A stretch of 64,000 bases of DNA, the filler included, from Dirinaria sp. TL-2023a (Eukaryota), in NCBI GenBank assembly GCA_051941275.1. It is 7 parts of 7 records of this genome, joined end to end, with 100 filler letters (N's around TTAATTAATTAA, not from the genome) between each part and the next. Parts side by side here need not be neighbours in the genome. Positions count along the whole stretch, not along the records: positions 46,489 to 55,677 come from JAVEBF010001086.1; positions 55,778 to 64,000 come from JAVEBF010001210.1; 5 more parts are not named here. The stretch is one strand, 5' to 3'. This document shows, in pieces, positions 46,778 through 61,600 of this stretch. How positions within the stretch are numbered: position 1 is the first letter of the stretch; each line of letters begins with the position of its first letter. The notes below the pieces were generated by a model. The model did no database searches and was not told where the DNA came from. It saw only the letters and a list, made by a program, of their open reading frames with translations. Both the position numbers and the translations under genes were made by a program.

Positions 46778-48259
46778 ATGTCTGCTCGCCGCCCAGCTCC
46801 TCGCCCCAAACGCGGCGGCGAAGAATTCGCCCGCTCCCACTACCTCGAAAGCGAAGGGCCCTCCTCCAAAAAAATCCGCTTCGACACCCGGAACCCCTCG
46901 GCGCTTGCGCCCGACGCCCCGGAAGAAGACGCGATCCTCGAAGCGGACGAGATCGGAAAGCGGGGGCAGCAGACGAAACGGAACGCGGTCAACATCGATG
47001 GCTACGAGTCGGACAGCTCGAACGAAGGCTTCGATGCGCGGGCAGAAACAAAAGCGAAAAAAGCGGCGCAGAGGCAAGGCAAGGTAGGACCAGACTCCAA
47101 AGCGGAGGAGGAAGCGGACATGTTCGCGGACCTGGAAGAGGATTTCCAGGACGGGGACGAGGATGAAGAGATCGATGGCGAGGAGGGCAAGAAGCAGAGG
47201 AAGAACGTCCGGTTTCTGGAGGAGGACGAGATCGTCGGGCAGGTTGCCGGGAGCAAGAGTGGAGGTCATGTCAGTGCGGATTTTTCGTTCAACGGAAGAG
47301 GGCCCGACGAGCAGCGCAATGCGATACTGCGCGGCAAGGGGAAGGAGGCGGAGCACGAGAGTACCAGCGAGAGCGATGCGGACGACGAAGAAAGAGCCGA
47401 TGTGGGGGATGTGGACGAGGAGCTGGGCGCGGGAAGCAAGAAGGCGCATGCGCCGAAGCTGGACGCGTTCAATATGAAGAGCGAGCAGGAGGAGGGAAGG
47501 TTCGATGCGCAAGGGAACTACGTGCGCAAAGCGGCCGATCCGGACGCGGTCTTCGATTCCTGGCTCGAGGGCGTTTCGAAAAAGGATATGAAGAAGGCGA
47601 AGGAAGCGGCCGATAAAAGGGACGAGGAAAGGCGGCAGCAGGATCTGGAAGCAGATGCGGTCTTGACCGCTGATATCTTAAAAGGTCTGCTCCCGCATCT
47701 GGAGCGGGGGGAAACTGTTCTCGAGGCACTGGCGAGGCTCGGGCGAGGCAATGCTACAAAACCGAAATGGCAGCAGAAGCACAAGAACAAGAACAAGAAC
47801 AAGAACAAGCACAACGGTGCATCACAGTCTATGGACGTAGAACCCGATAATAAGGCGCACGAAGACGACCCTGCGGAAACGCGGCGCAGAGATGCGGTCG
47901 AGGCGATCACGAACGGTGCAAACCAATTGCTGACTCGAGGCCAGCCCGAAATCTACGACGCAGAGAAGGAAGTTCTGATGCGGCAGTACCGGCGGGAGAC
48001 GGGAGAAGACTGGGTTGATCCTCCTCATCTTCCTAGAAACGAGCTCGAGGACGAAGCTCGTGATGGGAATGGAGACCCTGGTGGGAACAAGCAGTGGGAG
48101 TTTCGCTGGGCGGACGCGAGGGACGGTGGGGTGGTCCATGGACCGTACGATGGGCCTATGATGGTCTCGTGGAGCGATGCGGGATACTTTGGGGAAGAAA
48201 CCGAGTTCCGCAAGGCAGGTGACGGCGGTGATTGGAGTCGCTCTGTAGATTTTATTTGA
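46778..48259 (+). CDS. LIN1: U5 snRNP 52K protein Lin1/CD2BP2 (GYF domain)
   Basis: DGYESDS, KLDAFNMKSEQEEGRFDAQGNYV, GETVLEALARLG and C-terminal WEFRW..HGPYDGPMMVSWSDAGYFG. Confidence 0.9.
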   Translation: MSARRPAPRPKRGGEEFARSHYLESEGPSSKKIRFDTRNPSALAPDAPEEDAILEADEIGKRGQQTKRNAVNIDGYESDSSNEGFDARAETKAKKAAQRQGKVGPDSKAEEEADMFADLEEDFQDGDEDEEIDGEEGKKQRKNVRFLEEDEIVGQVAGSKSGGHVSADFSFNGRGPDEQRNAILRGKGKEAEHESTSESDADDEERADVGDVDEELGAGSKKAHAPKLDAFNMKSEQEEGRFDAQGNYVRKAADPDAVFDSWLEGVSKKDMKKAKEAADKRDEERRQQDLEADAVLTADILKGLLPHLERGETVLEALARLGRGNATKPKWQQKHKNKNKNKNKHNGASQSMDVEPDNKAHEDDPAETRRRDAVEAITNGANQLLTRGQPEIYDAEKEVLMRQYRRETGEDWVDPPHLPRNELEDEARDGNGDPGGNKQWEFRWADARDGGVVHGPYDGPMMVSWSDAGYFGEETEFRKAGDGGDWSRSVDFI

Positions 48260-48483
48260 TACCCCCACTCCTCCCCTTTCTGGATGCTTAGGGTGGCATC
48301 GCAATCTTAAAGGATCTATCATCTTCCTAGCTTACAGAAACCTTGCTTTCCCTTTTAAAACGGCCCCGCTCTGGCCATTAGGCACTCTGATATCCCAGAA
48401 GCTATTTTACAAATGTCTATTTCAATCCGGCTCGGAGTTTTTGTAAAGCAAACACCCCACCCAGAGGCGCCTTCGCTGCTTGG

Positions 48484-50001
<1,518 letters not shown>

Positions 50002-50839
50002 TTGGAACAGATGATCGGGAACTTCTGAATTTGCTCCACGCAGGAGCAGCGAGCATTTGTTTGCAACCTATGAGGAGTAATATCATTACCCAAGGGTACT
50101 TTATTTGATCTGTACGAATGCCGCCTGTAAATGATTGAGACGCGGTTAAAGCGCGTCCGAGACCCAATCAGCAGATGCGTGAGGTGCGTTAGCTAAGGTA
50201 AGGCTGGTAGATCGATTGTCGGCACGGCTGATTTAGCTAAAGTACTACTTAACTAAACTAGCTTACATAAGCCGCCTAAAGTAACGTTCAAAGTAGAGTT
50301 TTAGCTAAGGTATCCCTCAAACCTATGAAATTTCTACATCTAGGTGAGAGGTCAACCCTAATTTTGACCTAAGGATAGATAAGATACTGTATCTTGCAAA
50401 GACACCAAATCGTACTTAAGAAATCAAGAGTTTGGATATCCGAGTTCCGAGCACTAAGGTACGTTATCGCAATACCGTGAACATACATGTAAAGTACATA
50501 CCTAGCCGCGTAGGGGATTATCATTGGGTGGAACTTTCATAAATGGGGCTACGTTACTCGTTAGGGATCAACCCCCCGGGTCCCGAAAGAAAACTAAACC
50601 GCAGAACGCACCGACCGCCACTTTCCATCCCTGCTATTTCACGATCTACAGTGCGTAAGCGACAGTCGAGACTAGCCATTTCGGGGTCTGGGTTATGACT
50701 CGCGTGAGGTTTGTGAGCAAGAAAAAATCCACAGACGCGCAATATTCACTTTTCGCTCTTTCCCATTAATAATGATCTCTCAAAATCCCCTTCAGCTGTT
50801 CCGGGTAAACAACAATTAATATTATCAGTAATAATAATA

Positions 50840-53800
50840 ATGTCATTTGGGAAAGACCGACCCGGTGAGCTCGAGCGATCCTCTTTCTCCTTTAAGAAGC
50901 GGCCAGCCGCCGAAGATTTCTTCACTCCCGAGCAGGGCAAGCGCATTCGGCCTGAGCCAGTGTCGAGAAGAGGAAGTGAGCTGGGGCCGGGTTCGAACAG
51001 TCGCGATCCTCAATCTCACAGTCCCCGTGAAGCCCCTTTTTCTTTTTCCAATCAGGAAACATCCGTGCGGAACCCTTCCAGCCCTTTCGATGGGCATCGA
51101 GATTCCCCACTTGGGAGGCGCCCTTCTCTAGATAGACAATCATCAGACGCCCGACCTAGGTATCAGTGTAGGTGATTTCGTTGCCGCCGTTTGAATAATC
51201 CAGACCTTCCATACTGAACATGCTCCATCAGCGTACAAGCCATCGTACCGCAATTCACCGACTGGCAATGGCCATACATGGGATCCTGAAAGTACGTCAC
51301 GACGATGATGTAATTGTGATCATTCATGTGACCCTGCTACTGACTCCCCACGAAGATGCTCAAACTCCGCTGAACGGGTCAACTCATGCGCGAGGATCTG
51401 AAGGTATAGCTCTTTCACCGGTCAAGTCAGTTTCTTCGGGACTTACATCATGATTGATCAGAATCGACGGCCAAATCAGCGCCCGCGGTCAGATCTGGAA
51501 GTTCCACACCAAAACTGGCCATGACACCGACCGATCCTGAAAACATGGCCGAGGATGCATCAGTAAAGGCCAAGCCTGTGAATCGATTACTCCAGCAATT
51601 CTCACATGGTATTGTAAGTACGACGCGGGAAGCGAACCGGCGTGATTTGGTGAAAAAACACCAAGCCAGGTCGAAGAAAGAAGATCAAAAATGGCATAAC
51701 CGATATGATTTATTCGCGCCCTTGGCCGACTTACGGCGTCGAAATCTAGCCGGCAATGAGAAGAAAACTGCCAAGTCGGACTCAAAATTGCACGAGATAA
51801 AGTATGACCATCGAGACATCACGGGACAACTGGCTTCAACGCTAGGGGCGGGTGGCACCGGTGTTGAAAAATTCACAGTTAGTCACACACCGGCAGATCC
51901 GAAAGCGATCGAATCTATAGAATCAAACCAGCGTAAATTCGAGCATCGTCTCCGATCGATAGATGAAGGATTCGAGCATCGTTTCCGATCGATAGATGAA
52001 GGGTGTGCTGGGTTCGAAAAAAAAATCGCCGAAGTCCAACGAAGCACAGTGCCGAATGCCACCATACGAGCCATGGAAAAGAATGCTGCGGATCTTGTCG
52101 TGAATGCAGATAAGGTTGAGAAAACTGCCAAGCGTTCCGCCAATCTCGTATCTCAACTTGAAAAGAACGCAGAGAAGGTTGAGAAGACAGCCAATCATGG
52201 TGCCATTCTCGAAGCTCAACTCGAAAAGAATGCAGAAAAGGCTGAGAAGACATCCAATCGTTGCGCCATTCTCGAAGCTCGACTCGAAAAGCTGGAACAC
52301 GGGGTGAAAGCGAATGAGACGAGTATCAATCAGACTCGAGATGAAATCACAGCCCATAATAAGGACCTGCAGACGCTGCAAGGCAGCTACAAGGATCACA
52401 TTGATACAGTCTCAGACTTAAAGAGGACCGTGGATCAGGATAACGAAGGGTTGCGTGTTCTGAGAGAAGTTGTGGAGGGAGGCGAGGATGGTGATAGTAA
52501 GGAGAGGAGTCTCTTTGATATGATCATAGATGCACAGAAGGATGATTCGAAGCTTCGCGAGGCCATCAATGGCTTGGACTCAACGATAAACGATGTCGAA
52601 GATGGAGTGAAGGAGATCAAAGCACAAGTGACCAACTCAGAAACGGCAAAAGCTAACCTTGAAATCCGCCTGAATACTCTTGAAGATGAACGCTCAGGCA
52701 GCGATCTTCAAAGCGAGCTGACATGGATGAAAGAGCAATTGTCGGTCTTGTCCGAGGAGGTGAAGAAGGTCGTTAACGAGCAGCATGTCAAGGACGACAT
52801 GGTGGCTACGGAAGTTGAAAGACTTGACAATGAGCTCATAAGGCAAGCGAACAATGCCAAGGTTCTGTCTGAGAAGCTCGAAACTGCGCCTTCTAAAGGC
52901 TCTACCGAACCGCCTTCTGATCTTGTTCCTGAGGCCTCCAACACCCACCCACAGTTAGCCAATGGGATCCTGGAAAAGCATAGTGGAGACCAGCCTAATA
53001 CTGTCCATCAATTGGAGCTGAACCAAGAATCCATCAAGCAAGACTTTGATGGGCTACAATCGAGCTTTGAGCGATTCAAGAATCTGACAGCTGATATGAC
53101 AAGCACACACGATGTCTGCATTAATAGTCTTCAACAACGATTTGACAATCTAACCACAGATCATATGGTCAGAGCCATGATCAATCAACTGCAATCCCTC
53201 TATCCCAATCACCCAGGGAACCTAGTCAACCAAGTCAATCAGCTGGCTGTCAACCAACGCCATTTCTTCGACAGCATATCCCAAGTCTCACGGCAATACG
53301 CGGACCTCGAAAAGACCGTTAGAACGAATCAAGACCACGTCGTCCCACTCATCAACCAAGGCTGCGAAAAAGTCGAAAAGGTAATTCAGAACCGGCTCGA
53401 TGCCCAAAACGCGGGACGAATCCAGCTCCGTGAGAGCATCAAATCAGACATGGAGCAACGCCTCCAGGTCCTAAACGACGATAACCAAGAAACCAGTTCC
53501 GTCATCAAGCAAGACCTGGAGGCCCAGCTGAACCGGATCCAAAACATGCAAAAATCCCGCAACGAGCACGCGACAGCCATCTCGGCCTTGAAAAAAAACC
53601 TGCAGGACATCCAACAACAAATCATGAACCAATCCGAACAGCAACAACCACCACCACCGCCACCTGCCCCGCCGCCTAGCACCTTCCCGTCAGCAGAAGA
53701 ATTCCGCCACCTCGCAAACCAGCTAGCCGAGATGCGCGACAACATCGTACGCGAACTAACGATGCATTACGAGGCCATCAGAATCCTAAACGCGCAATGC

Positions 53801-54136
53801 GGGCTATCCAACGCTGCGCTCGTGGGCGATGCCGATGACGATTCCCCCAACAATACCCACACCCACAACACCCAATCTTCCACGAATAATGACGACGGCA
53901 AAAGAGCCCGTTCGGCATCTATCTCGCTTGGCCAACCTTCCTCCCCTCCCACCCCGTCCACGCCGCGCCCCGCGCCAGCCGCAGCCAGTCCTGCAGCGCA
54001 GCTCACGGCCATTGATGGCGCCGCGTCCGATAGTGATCCGCCCGTCAGTAATACTAGTAATCGCAAGCGCAGGGGCAGGCCCCGGAAAGAAGAAACTGGG
54101 GCGCGCGCGAGGAAGGTTAGTAAGATGGGCTCTTAA
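50840..54136 (+). CDS. Large coiled-coil protein with C-terminal AT-hook/NLS, unknown function (3 predicted 5' introns)
   Basis: An 871-aa ORF plus three upstream exons joinable in frame by GT-AG introns; heptad-rich; RKRRGRPRK near the C-terminus. Confidence 0.75.
51937..52290 (+). repeat. Intragenic tandem repeats (33 bp x2; ~63 bp x3)
   Basis: FEHRLRSIDEG/FEHRFRSIDEG and EKNAEKVEKTANHGAILEAQL-like units. Confidence 0.85.
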
Positions 54137-55677
54137 GGATTTTTGATGGTTGGTGGGATGGAGGGGAGGAGGGAATGGAGAGCAGGACAGGTGTGTAGGC
54201 GTGCAGAGAAGGCGGGCTGGGCTGGTCCTGGCGCTGCAAACGAAAATGAGACATGTCTGCATGGATGGAAAATATTGCATACCAGCTAACTCGGCTTAAA
54301 CCCCCCTCTCCATTCTCCATGAATGAGCTTACGGCTAGCTTTTCATCCTATCTCAGCCTTATCCTAATCATAGCACAGCAGCGGTTACTTCTTCATTCTA
54401 TTTCGGCATTATTCTACAACAAATCTTCAGTCCAGCAAGCATTGCTTTCTTATGTCGACCTACGTTGCATGCTTGTTATCTCTGTCTCTCTCGTCTTTCC
54501 TCTCTTCGCTTTCTCTTCCACTTTTCAAGCCCATCGCAGAATTCTTGTATTGCGGTTCTATAATATGGGTGAAGGACATTGCTGGCTAGCTAGCGACAAC
54601 AGCAGCAGAAGAGCAACGAGTACTTCTTCTCTTCGTATTTCGACATTAATTGTACCATAAATCTTTAGACTTTAGTCCATCAAGCATTCCTTTACCACGT
54701 ATCTTATCTACATTAAAATTTTCTCATCATTCTCTCTTCAATCTTTCCTCTCCCCCTTCAAATTTTTTCCTTTCAAGCCCACCGCAGATCTCCGTAATAC
54801 ATGTAATTCTACGATATGGTGGAGGGTATTACTTTCCATCTCGACTTTTTTTTTAAAAGATAAAGGAAAGGCATGAGCTTCAGCTTGCTAGCTAGTTTTT
54901 CATCCCATCTCACCTCTACTTTACCTTTCTCTACCTTAAAAACAAAAGCAGAGCAGCGATTCCTCCCTCACTTCATTTCTTCATTTTCTCTCAATATTAA
55001 ATTCCACCTTAACCGCCCAGTTTCGGTTTAACAAAACATCCCTCTACTCCCTACCTACCTAGTTTACCTATCTTACATACATATTCCTATCTCTCTCTCC
55101 CGTCTTTTTTTTTTTTTTTTTTTTCTCTTTCCTTTTCGAAGGCTGTTGCAGCTCCGTCATGACATAAAGCATATCCCCCCCCCCAACCCAATTATAATTA
55201 TAAACTAAACCAAGACACACACTATATCTCGCTTTTTCATCTCATTTTGTCTCAACAAGCTCTTATCTTTAAAACAGTAGAAGAGCAGCACGCGCCTTTC
55301 CTCTAACAATTTATTCATTTATTTCTTCCCAAAAACTCCACCCAACCCCACCCCAAATCCATTTCAATCCAATCCCTTGCGTTCACTTTCCATACATAAC
55401 ACACCTTATATATATACATCACTGTCTCTCTCTCTCTTTCATATTTGATTGAACCGCTTTGCGAACTCCCTATCCCTACTCCAACGTGACTGTAAAATTG
55501 TGATGAAAAGAAAATTGTTGATATCATTGAATTTGTATATTTGCCGTAGGTATGTGAGATTACTTAATTAAGTACCTTACTTCCGGGACAGACGGATGAA
55601 CGGATAGTAGGGGTTATAGAAAGGCCCGGGGGAAAAGGGTGGGAGGCTGGGATTCAAGCAGGAGCATACCATATCTT

Positions 55678-55777
55678 NNNNNNNNNNNNNNNNNNNNNNN
55701 NNNNNNNNNNNNNNNNNNNNNTTAATTAATTAANNNNNNNNNNNNNNNNNNNNNNNNNNNNNNNNNNNNNNNNNNNN
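55678..55777. other. Artificial contig linker
   Basis: 44 N + TTAATTAATTAA + 44 N. Confidence 0.98.
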
Positions 55778-56560
55778 CGAGCATCAGCAACCCAAAAACA
55801 AAGAAATCTCCGTCTACTCTATATTAGCCCCCTCGAGCTTACCTTACCCATGAAGATTGACAACGGAGCATCAAATGCACCGAAAACCTTCTCTCCTCCC
55901 CCGCTTTCCAACCAATAAAATCCGGCATATCATCTCTCACACAATTTCCAGCTCCTCCCGAGTCTGAACCCCCCAATCTTTGGAAGAAGTGCGCACCATG
56001 AAATAGTAGGGGTTCTCGAGCCCCCTGCCTTATAGATCAAATGGCTTTAATCTGCTGATGATATAAAATAATGTATATGTGATTAATATGGCGCGGAGCT
56101 TTTTTCCTTTCCTTTTCTTTTCTTTTCTTTTCTTTCTTTTTGTTTTGGAGAAATTATACTTCCAATATCTTTTACCTGATTGGAGAACAGCGACTATATG
56201 TAATGCTAATGTATGTTATGAAAAAATGGGCAGGGGGTTAGAGAGATTTTTGTATGTGTGGGGTCTTCTCTACCTATTGGAGAGGCAAAAACAAACAGGA
56301 AGGGTGGTGGTAATGTCTTGAACTACGGAGCTAGTAAGTAATGTAATAATGATATATGTGGGTGGCATGCGCCAGTTCCAGTATTCTACCTTAAGGAGGA
56401 ATACACTGTCGATACGCTACACTATCTGAGCCTGCGAAACTATATTCCCATGCACAGAATCGCTTATATACGAGTACGGGGCTGTTTGTCCCAGAAATAT
56501 ATCAATCTTCGCCTTCCCCACAGATAAAATGACAATGAAGCAAATACCCAGCGGCTAGCC

Positions 56561-58330
56561 TCACAGCATACCCTTCGCCTGGACCCAAAAGGTCTCCATC
56601 TTCGCCTTGCGCAAGATATCCATGGCCTCCTTGTCCGTTTCCACGACCCTGCTCCCCCACCTCCGGAACCCCTTCTGCTTCTCCTCGCCCTCGAACAGGA
56701 GCTGGCATTTATTCGCCGTCAGGTCCTTCAGCTGGCCATTCTCGTCCTCGGCGTTCAGCCACGCGGCCAAGGCCTCCTTGTTCCCCTCCCGGACCACGGG
56801 GTTCGGCGCCGAGTTCTCCGTCCAATCGATGCGGTTCAGCATGAGTTTTTTGTAGGCGGCGACGGAATGGGCGCCGCCTTCGACGACGACGAGGCTGAAC
56901 TTGGGGCTGATGAGGCAGGTGCCGACGAGGGCGTGCTGCTCGGCGTTCTTGTTGATTTTGAACCGGTGCCGGCCGTTGCTCAGGTTGTCGACCTTGTACA
57001 CGCAGATGTGCACCCCTTTCGCCACGTCCTGGGCTTGCTTCGTCGCCAGCTTCGCGTGCTGCTCCTCTTTATTCAGTTTGCGCTCTTCGTTCATGTCCGC
57101 GTGCGCTTTGGCGCGGGCGGCCACTTGCTCCCGCACTTGGGCCTCGACTTTCGTCGGGTCCCGCACCGCTTCTTCCCCGAGCACGCGCATCAGGTTGCCT
57201 AGTTTGACTTTGGGTGGGGGAGCGGGGACGAGCCCGAGCCGGATTTTCGCTTGTTCTTCTTTGAGGTTCTCCATGCGACGTTGACGGCGGACTTTGGCTG
57301 CTTCGGTGGAGGTCAGTGGGAGGGGTTTTTGCACTGTTAGGAGTTGCTGGGACGGCGGTTCTAGAGCGACTGGATGCTGGATGTAGACTGTGACGATGGA
57401 GTCCGAGGTATCGAGCCTTAGACCACTGGGTGAATCGATAGAATTGTAGTTACCATCTTTGACGAGTCCTTCGTCCCACCATTCGATCTCTGGGGGCTTT
57501 TCAACTATGAACGCCTTCTCAGTGTCGAGGTCTTCGTCGATACCTACTTTGCGGGAGGATTCGGCGATGCGCTTTTTCATCGCCTCCAAAGCGGCTTGTC
57601 GGCGGAGGGCAGCAGCTTGCTGGATGTATTTGCCTTTTTGGTTGAAGACGAGTTGTTTGGACTTGCGGGCTTTACTTGTGGCTGTCTTGGGGCCCATCGA
57701 GGCATCGAAATACGGGTTACTCCTTGTCTCCTCAAGTGAAGGACCGGATAGGTCGAGCTGCTGCTTTCCCTTTGCCGGCTTGGAACTCTGATTAGCAGGA
57801 GACTCTGGCCGGCGGTTCGCCATGGTTGTTGCAAACTTGGGCTGCATTGCTTGCCTGCCCTTCGAGGATTTCGCATCTTGTCCAGAATCACCCATCAAAG
57901 CCGGATGCAAGCCTACATCGAGCCCTCCCCGAGCACGGGAGAACGTATCCTCGTAGACAGGTGGCTGGTACGTGGGTGCTGGCGCTGCCGTCCGCTGCTG
58001 GGTTGAAGCATTTGTTTTTTGAGTAGCGGCAGCTACTCTAGCCTTCATCTGAGCTATCCTATCCATGGCACTGCCGCTGGCAGCAGATGTTGGCGCCGGT
58101 GAGGGAGACGGAGGTGCAGGGCTCCCTGGCCCACGCAACTTTGCCGCGGCAGCAGCAGCTCTGGCTCGCGCCTCTGCCATGATCTTGCTGACATCGGGCT
58201 TGCCAGATGGCGCTGAGCCGTTGACGAGAGGTATCGGGGAACCATTGTTGGAGCGCGACTTCTTCTGAGCGCCTTGCTGATCTTCGTCCGGATGAGGGCG
58301 CTTCAAGCCGTTGGTGGGGGCTTCTGCCAT
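56561..58330 (-). CDS. PRP3: U4/U6 snRNP protein Prp3
   Basis: GGLDVGLHPAL, NPYFD, EIEWWD, YIQHP, KIRLGLVPAPPPKVKLGNLMRVLG..DPTKVEA and VVVEGG..YKKLMLNRIDW. Confidence 0.95.
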   Translation of the reverse strand: MAEAPTNGLKRPHPDEDQQGAQKKSRSNNGSPIPLVNGSAPSGKPDVSKIMAEARARAAAAAAKLRGPGSPAPPSPSPAPTSAASGSAMDRIAQMKARVAAATQKTNASTQQRTAAPAPTYQPPVYEDTFSRARGGLDVGLHPALMGDSGQDAKSSKGRQAMQPKFATTMANRRPESPANQSSKPAKGKQQLDLSGPSLEETRSNPYFDASMGPKTATSKARKSKQLVFNQKGKYIQQAAALRRQAALEAMKKRIAESSRKVGIDEDLDTEKAFIVEKPPEIEWWDEGLVKDGNYNSIDSPSGLRLDTSDSIVTVYIQHPVALEPPSQQLLTVQKPLPLTSTEAAKVRRQRRMENLKEEQAKIRLGLVPAPPPKVKLGNLMRVLGEEAVRDPTKVEAQVREQVAARAKAHADMNEERKLNKEEQHAKLATKQAQDVAKGVHICVYKVDNLSNGRHRFKINKNAEQHALVGTCLISPKFSLVVVEGGAHSVAAYKKLMLNRIDWTENSAPNPVVREGNKEALAAWLNAEDENGQLKDLTANKCQLLFEGEEKQKGFRRWGSRVVETDKEAMDILRKAKMETFWVQAKGML

Positions 58331-58688
58331 GTTGAATATCTAGCGACGCTTATCGACTCCGGAGAAGGAGCCTACTTACTCTTGAATTGATGCGCGAATG
58401 AGTCCAAGGCACGCTGGGGGAGATATAAAAGGTTCCTTTACGCTGCATCAGAATTCGTCACTAAAGTAAATCAAGCACGAGCGGCTTTAAGTATCGCCTG
58501 CTCCGGGAGTCTTGGCAACGCTAAAGGCCTCGAGCCTGGGCATGTCAGATTACTTAAGCGGGTAAAGTTCCCTTGAATAGCTCCGACGCACTCTGATCAT
58601 TTAGAGAGCGAAGCAACGGCTTCCAGTGCAACTTTGCGTTTTCACGTGGACGGATTACTTTTAGATGATATGGCTTTTCTAGCACAGC

Positions 58689-61600
58689 ATGAATACCTCC
58701 CAGCCGATAGCTTCTTACATTGGAAGCGTAGACTTCGGATTTCTGTCGTCCGAAGAAATCAAAGCTCTCTCGGTGAAAAGAATTCAGAACCCCACGACCT
58801 TCGATTCTCTCCTACATCCAGTACCAGGAGGCCTATATGATGCTGCTTTGGGGGCTTGGGGGGATAACCCGTAAGCTTACACTGAAGCATAGAAGTGCTC
58901 GTCTCATAGCTGCAGATGCTCGACATGTCACCTCGGTATCTACAATTGCCCCGGCCATGCGGGCCATATTGAACTTCCGGTACCTGTATATAATGTTACT
59001 TTCATGGATCAGATGCTGCAGATATTGCGCGCAAGATGTTACCATTGTGGTTATCTAAAGCTCCACCCGGCGGAAAAAATCCGGTTCGCATGCAAACTGC
59101 GCCTCTTGCAGCATGGTCTATTACACGAAGCCCGAGAAATAGATAACATCACAAATCAGAGCTTCAAGGGCCCAAAGGTTACTCGAATGAACGGTGATAC
59201 TATGGAGGCTGCGACAGACAGCGAGGAAGAGGACGACAGTGATCCGGAAACACTTATCGATAAGAGACTTCGTTTTACGAAGCAGGCAATCAAACGAGCT
59301 GGTGGTAATATATCCAAAGTAAAATTAGCTGGGGAGAAGGCCGAAATTGTCTCTGAGGAGCGTCGGAATGTTGTCAGAGAGTTTCTACAAGTCATCACGA
59401 AGGGAAGCAAATGTGGGAGATGCAATGGGTACTTTCGCCTTGAGACGTCAATTATACAGCTGATTTAATGCTTCTAGGCCTGCACACGCCTTTCGAAAAG
59501 ACAAATACAACAAAATATTCGAGAAACCTCTCGGTGAAAGAGCCAAAGCCGCGGAGGTTCAGGGTCACTTCAAAGCTACGAATCCGCTACTTGAAGCGCT
59601 CAAGAAGAAAAAGGCGATGCAAAAGCAGAAACGCGAAGATCGAGAAGTGGACGAAGGAATCGTTGCGGATTTCGAGGACGTCACGCCCGACGATGAGTCG
59701 AGCGAAGATGTTGACATGCTTGATATTGGCAGTTCCGATACAAATTCCGACGATGCACCCACAGCTGCGGAGAAGGATCCAAAATCCAAGTCAAGCCGTC
59801 GAGATGAATTCAAGGACCCGCAGTGGGTCCGTGCATGCATATCAGACCTTTTCGTAAAGGAGCGAGAGGTTTTTGAGCTTCTGTACAACGTTGGAGTTTC
59901 GAATAGTACGAGCCTGCTGTCTGCAGATATGTTTTTCATTAAAGATCTCATTGTACCTCCTAACAGATTCCGTCCGGAAGCCATGACTGCCGAAGGTGAA
60001 ATCGCGGAAGCGCAACAGAATAGCCTTTACAAGCAGATTTTAAATCACTGTCAGACTATGGCTTTAATTAGTAGAGACATGACGGCAATGGACCAAGATG
60101 TTTCTCATCGCCCTCGAGAGCTGCGAGATCTCCAGAATGCAGGGATAAGACTGCAGGACGCCGTGAATTCATTGTTTGACACCAATCGAAACCCGATACA
60201 GGGCGTTGGAGGCAGGCAAATTGAAGAAGGTATAAAGCAGAAATTGGAGAAGAAGGAAGGACTCTTCAGGAAGAACATGATGGGTAAAAGAGTCAATTTT
60301 GCTGCGAGAAGTGTCATATCTCCGGATCCCAATATTGAGACGAATGAAATAGGAGTACCTCTAGTCTTCGCAAGGAAGCTGACATATCCGGAGCCCGTTA
60401 CAGACCACAATTATGCAGCTCTAAAGGAGGCCGTGCTCAATGGATCAGATAAGTGGCCGGGGGCTTCTGCAATCGAGAACGAGAACGGCCAGATTATCAA
60501 TCTCCGAAGCAAGAACCTTGAGGAACGTCAGGCACTTGCAAATCTATTGCTCGCTCGATCCAACATCAACGTCTCAGGCGCAAGGAACAAAAAAGTCCAC
60601 AGGCATTTGAACAATGGGGACATTGTCCTAATGAACCGGCAACCTACCTTGCACAAGCCCTCTATCATGGCTCATCGAGCGCGTGTTCTCCCGGGAGAGA
60701 AGACTATCCGGATGCATTATGCAAACTGCAATACGTATAATGCGGATTTTGATGGCGACGAAATGAACATGCACTTCCCGCAAAACGAGATTGCGAGGGC
60801 AGAAGCGCTGGGAATAGCTGACACTGATCATCAATATCTTGCAGCCACTGCGGGAAAGCCACTTCGAGGGCTTATTCAAGACCACATCTCGATGGGTGTT
60901 TGGTTGACAAACCGGGATACGTTCTTCAATCGAGATGATTATTATCAGCTTCTTTGCAGTTGCCTCAGGCCAGAGGCCGGCACAGTATCTGGTAGAGTTG
61001 AGACAGTCCCTCCGGCAGTGATCAAGCCGGCGCATCGATGGACTGGGAAGCAAGTCGTGACGACGGTCTTGAGGAACATTACACCCAGTTCTCATCCTGG
61101 CATAACATTGAAGTCCAAGTCTTCCACGTCGGCTGACCGTTGGGGACCCAAGTCGGAAGAGAACGAAGTCATCTTCCAAGATGGCGACTTGCTGTGTGGC
61201 ATACTTGATAAAGCTCAATTAGGGCCCACTGGAGGTGGATTCATCCACGCAATATATGAAGCTTATGGTCATACCATAGCCGGAAGACTCCTAAGCATTC
61301 TAGGTAGGCTGCTGACCAAATTCTTGCACATGCGCGCATTCACCTGCGGAATGGATGACTTGGGTTTGACCAAAGAAGGAAACAAAATCCGTTGCGAGGA
61401 GCTAGAAAAAGCTCGCTCAATAGGGATTGAAGTAGCATCGAAATACGTGACCTTGGAGAAGAATCGCGATCCAAACAACAAAGAACTCTTATCTCGCTTA
61501 CAAGACGTCCTGAGAGACGAAGATAAGCAAGCAGGCCTGGATAGCGTGTATAATTCTCGCACAGCTGGTCTGACATCACAGATCACTGCTGCTTGTTTAC

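Noticed and set aside
46709..48322. Long antisense ORFs over LIN1 (similar ones over PRP3, RPA190 and eIF4A)
   Set aside because: Shadow ORFs of GC-rich codon usage on the real coding strand.
50188..50470. TA-rich tract with TTAGCTAA x3 as a RIP-mutated transposon
   Set aside because: No termini or coding remnant visible; cannot be distinguished from ordinary divergent-promoter DNA.
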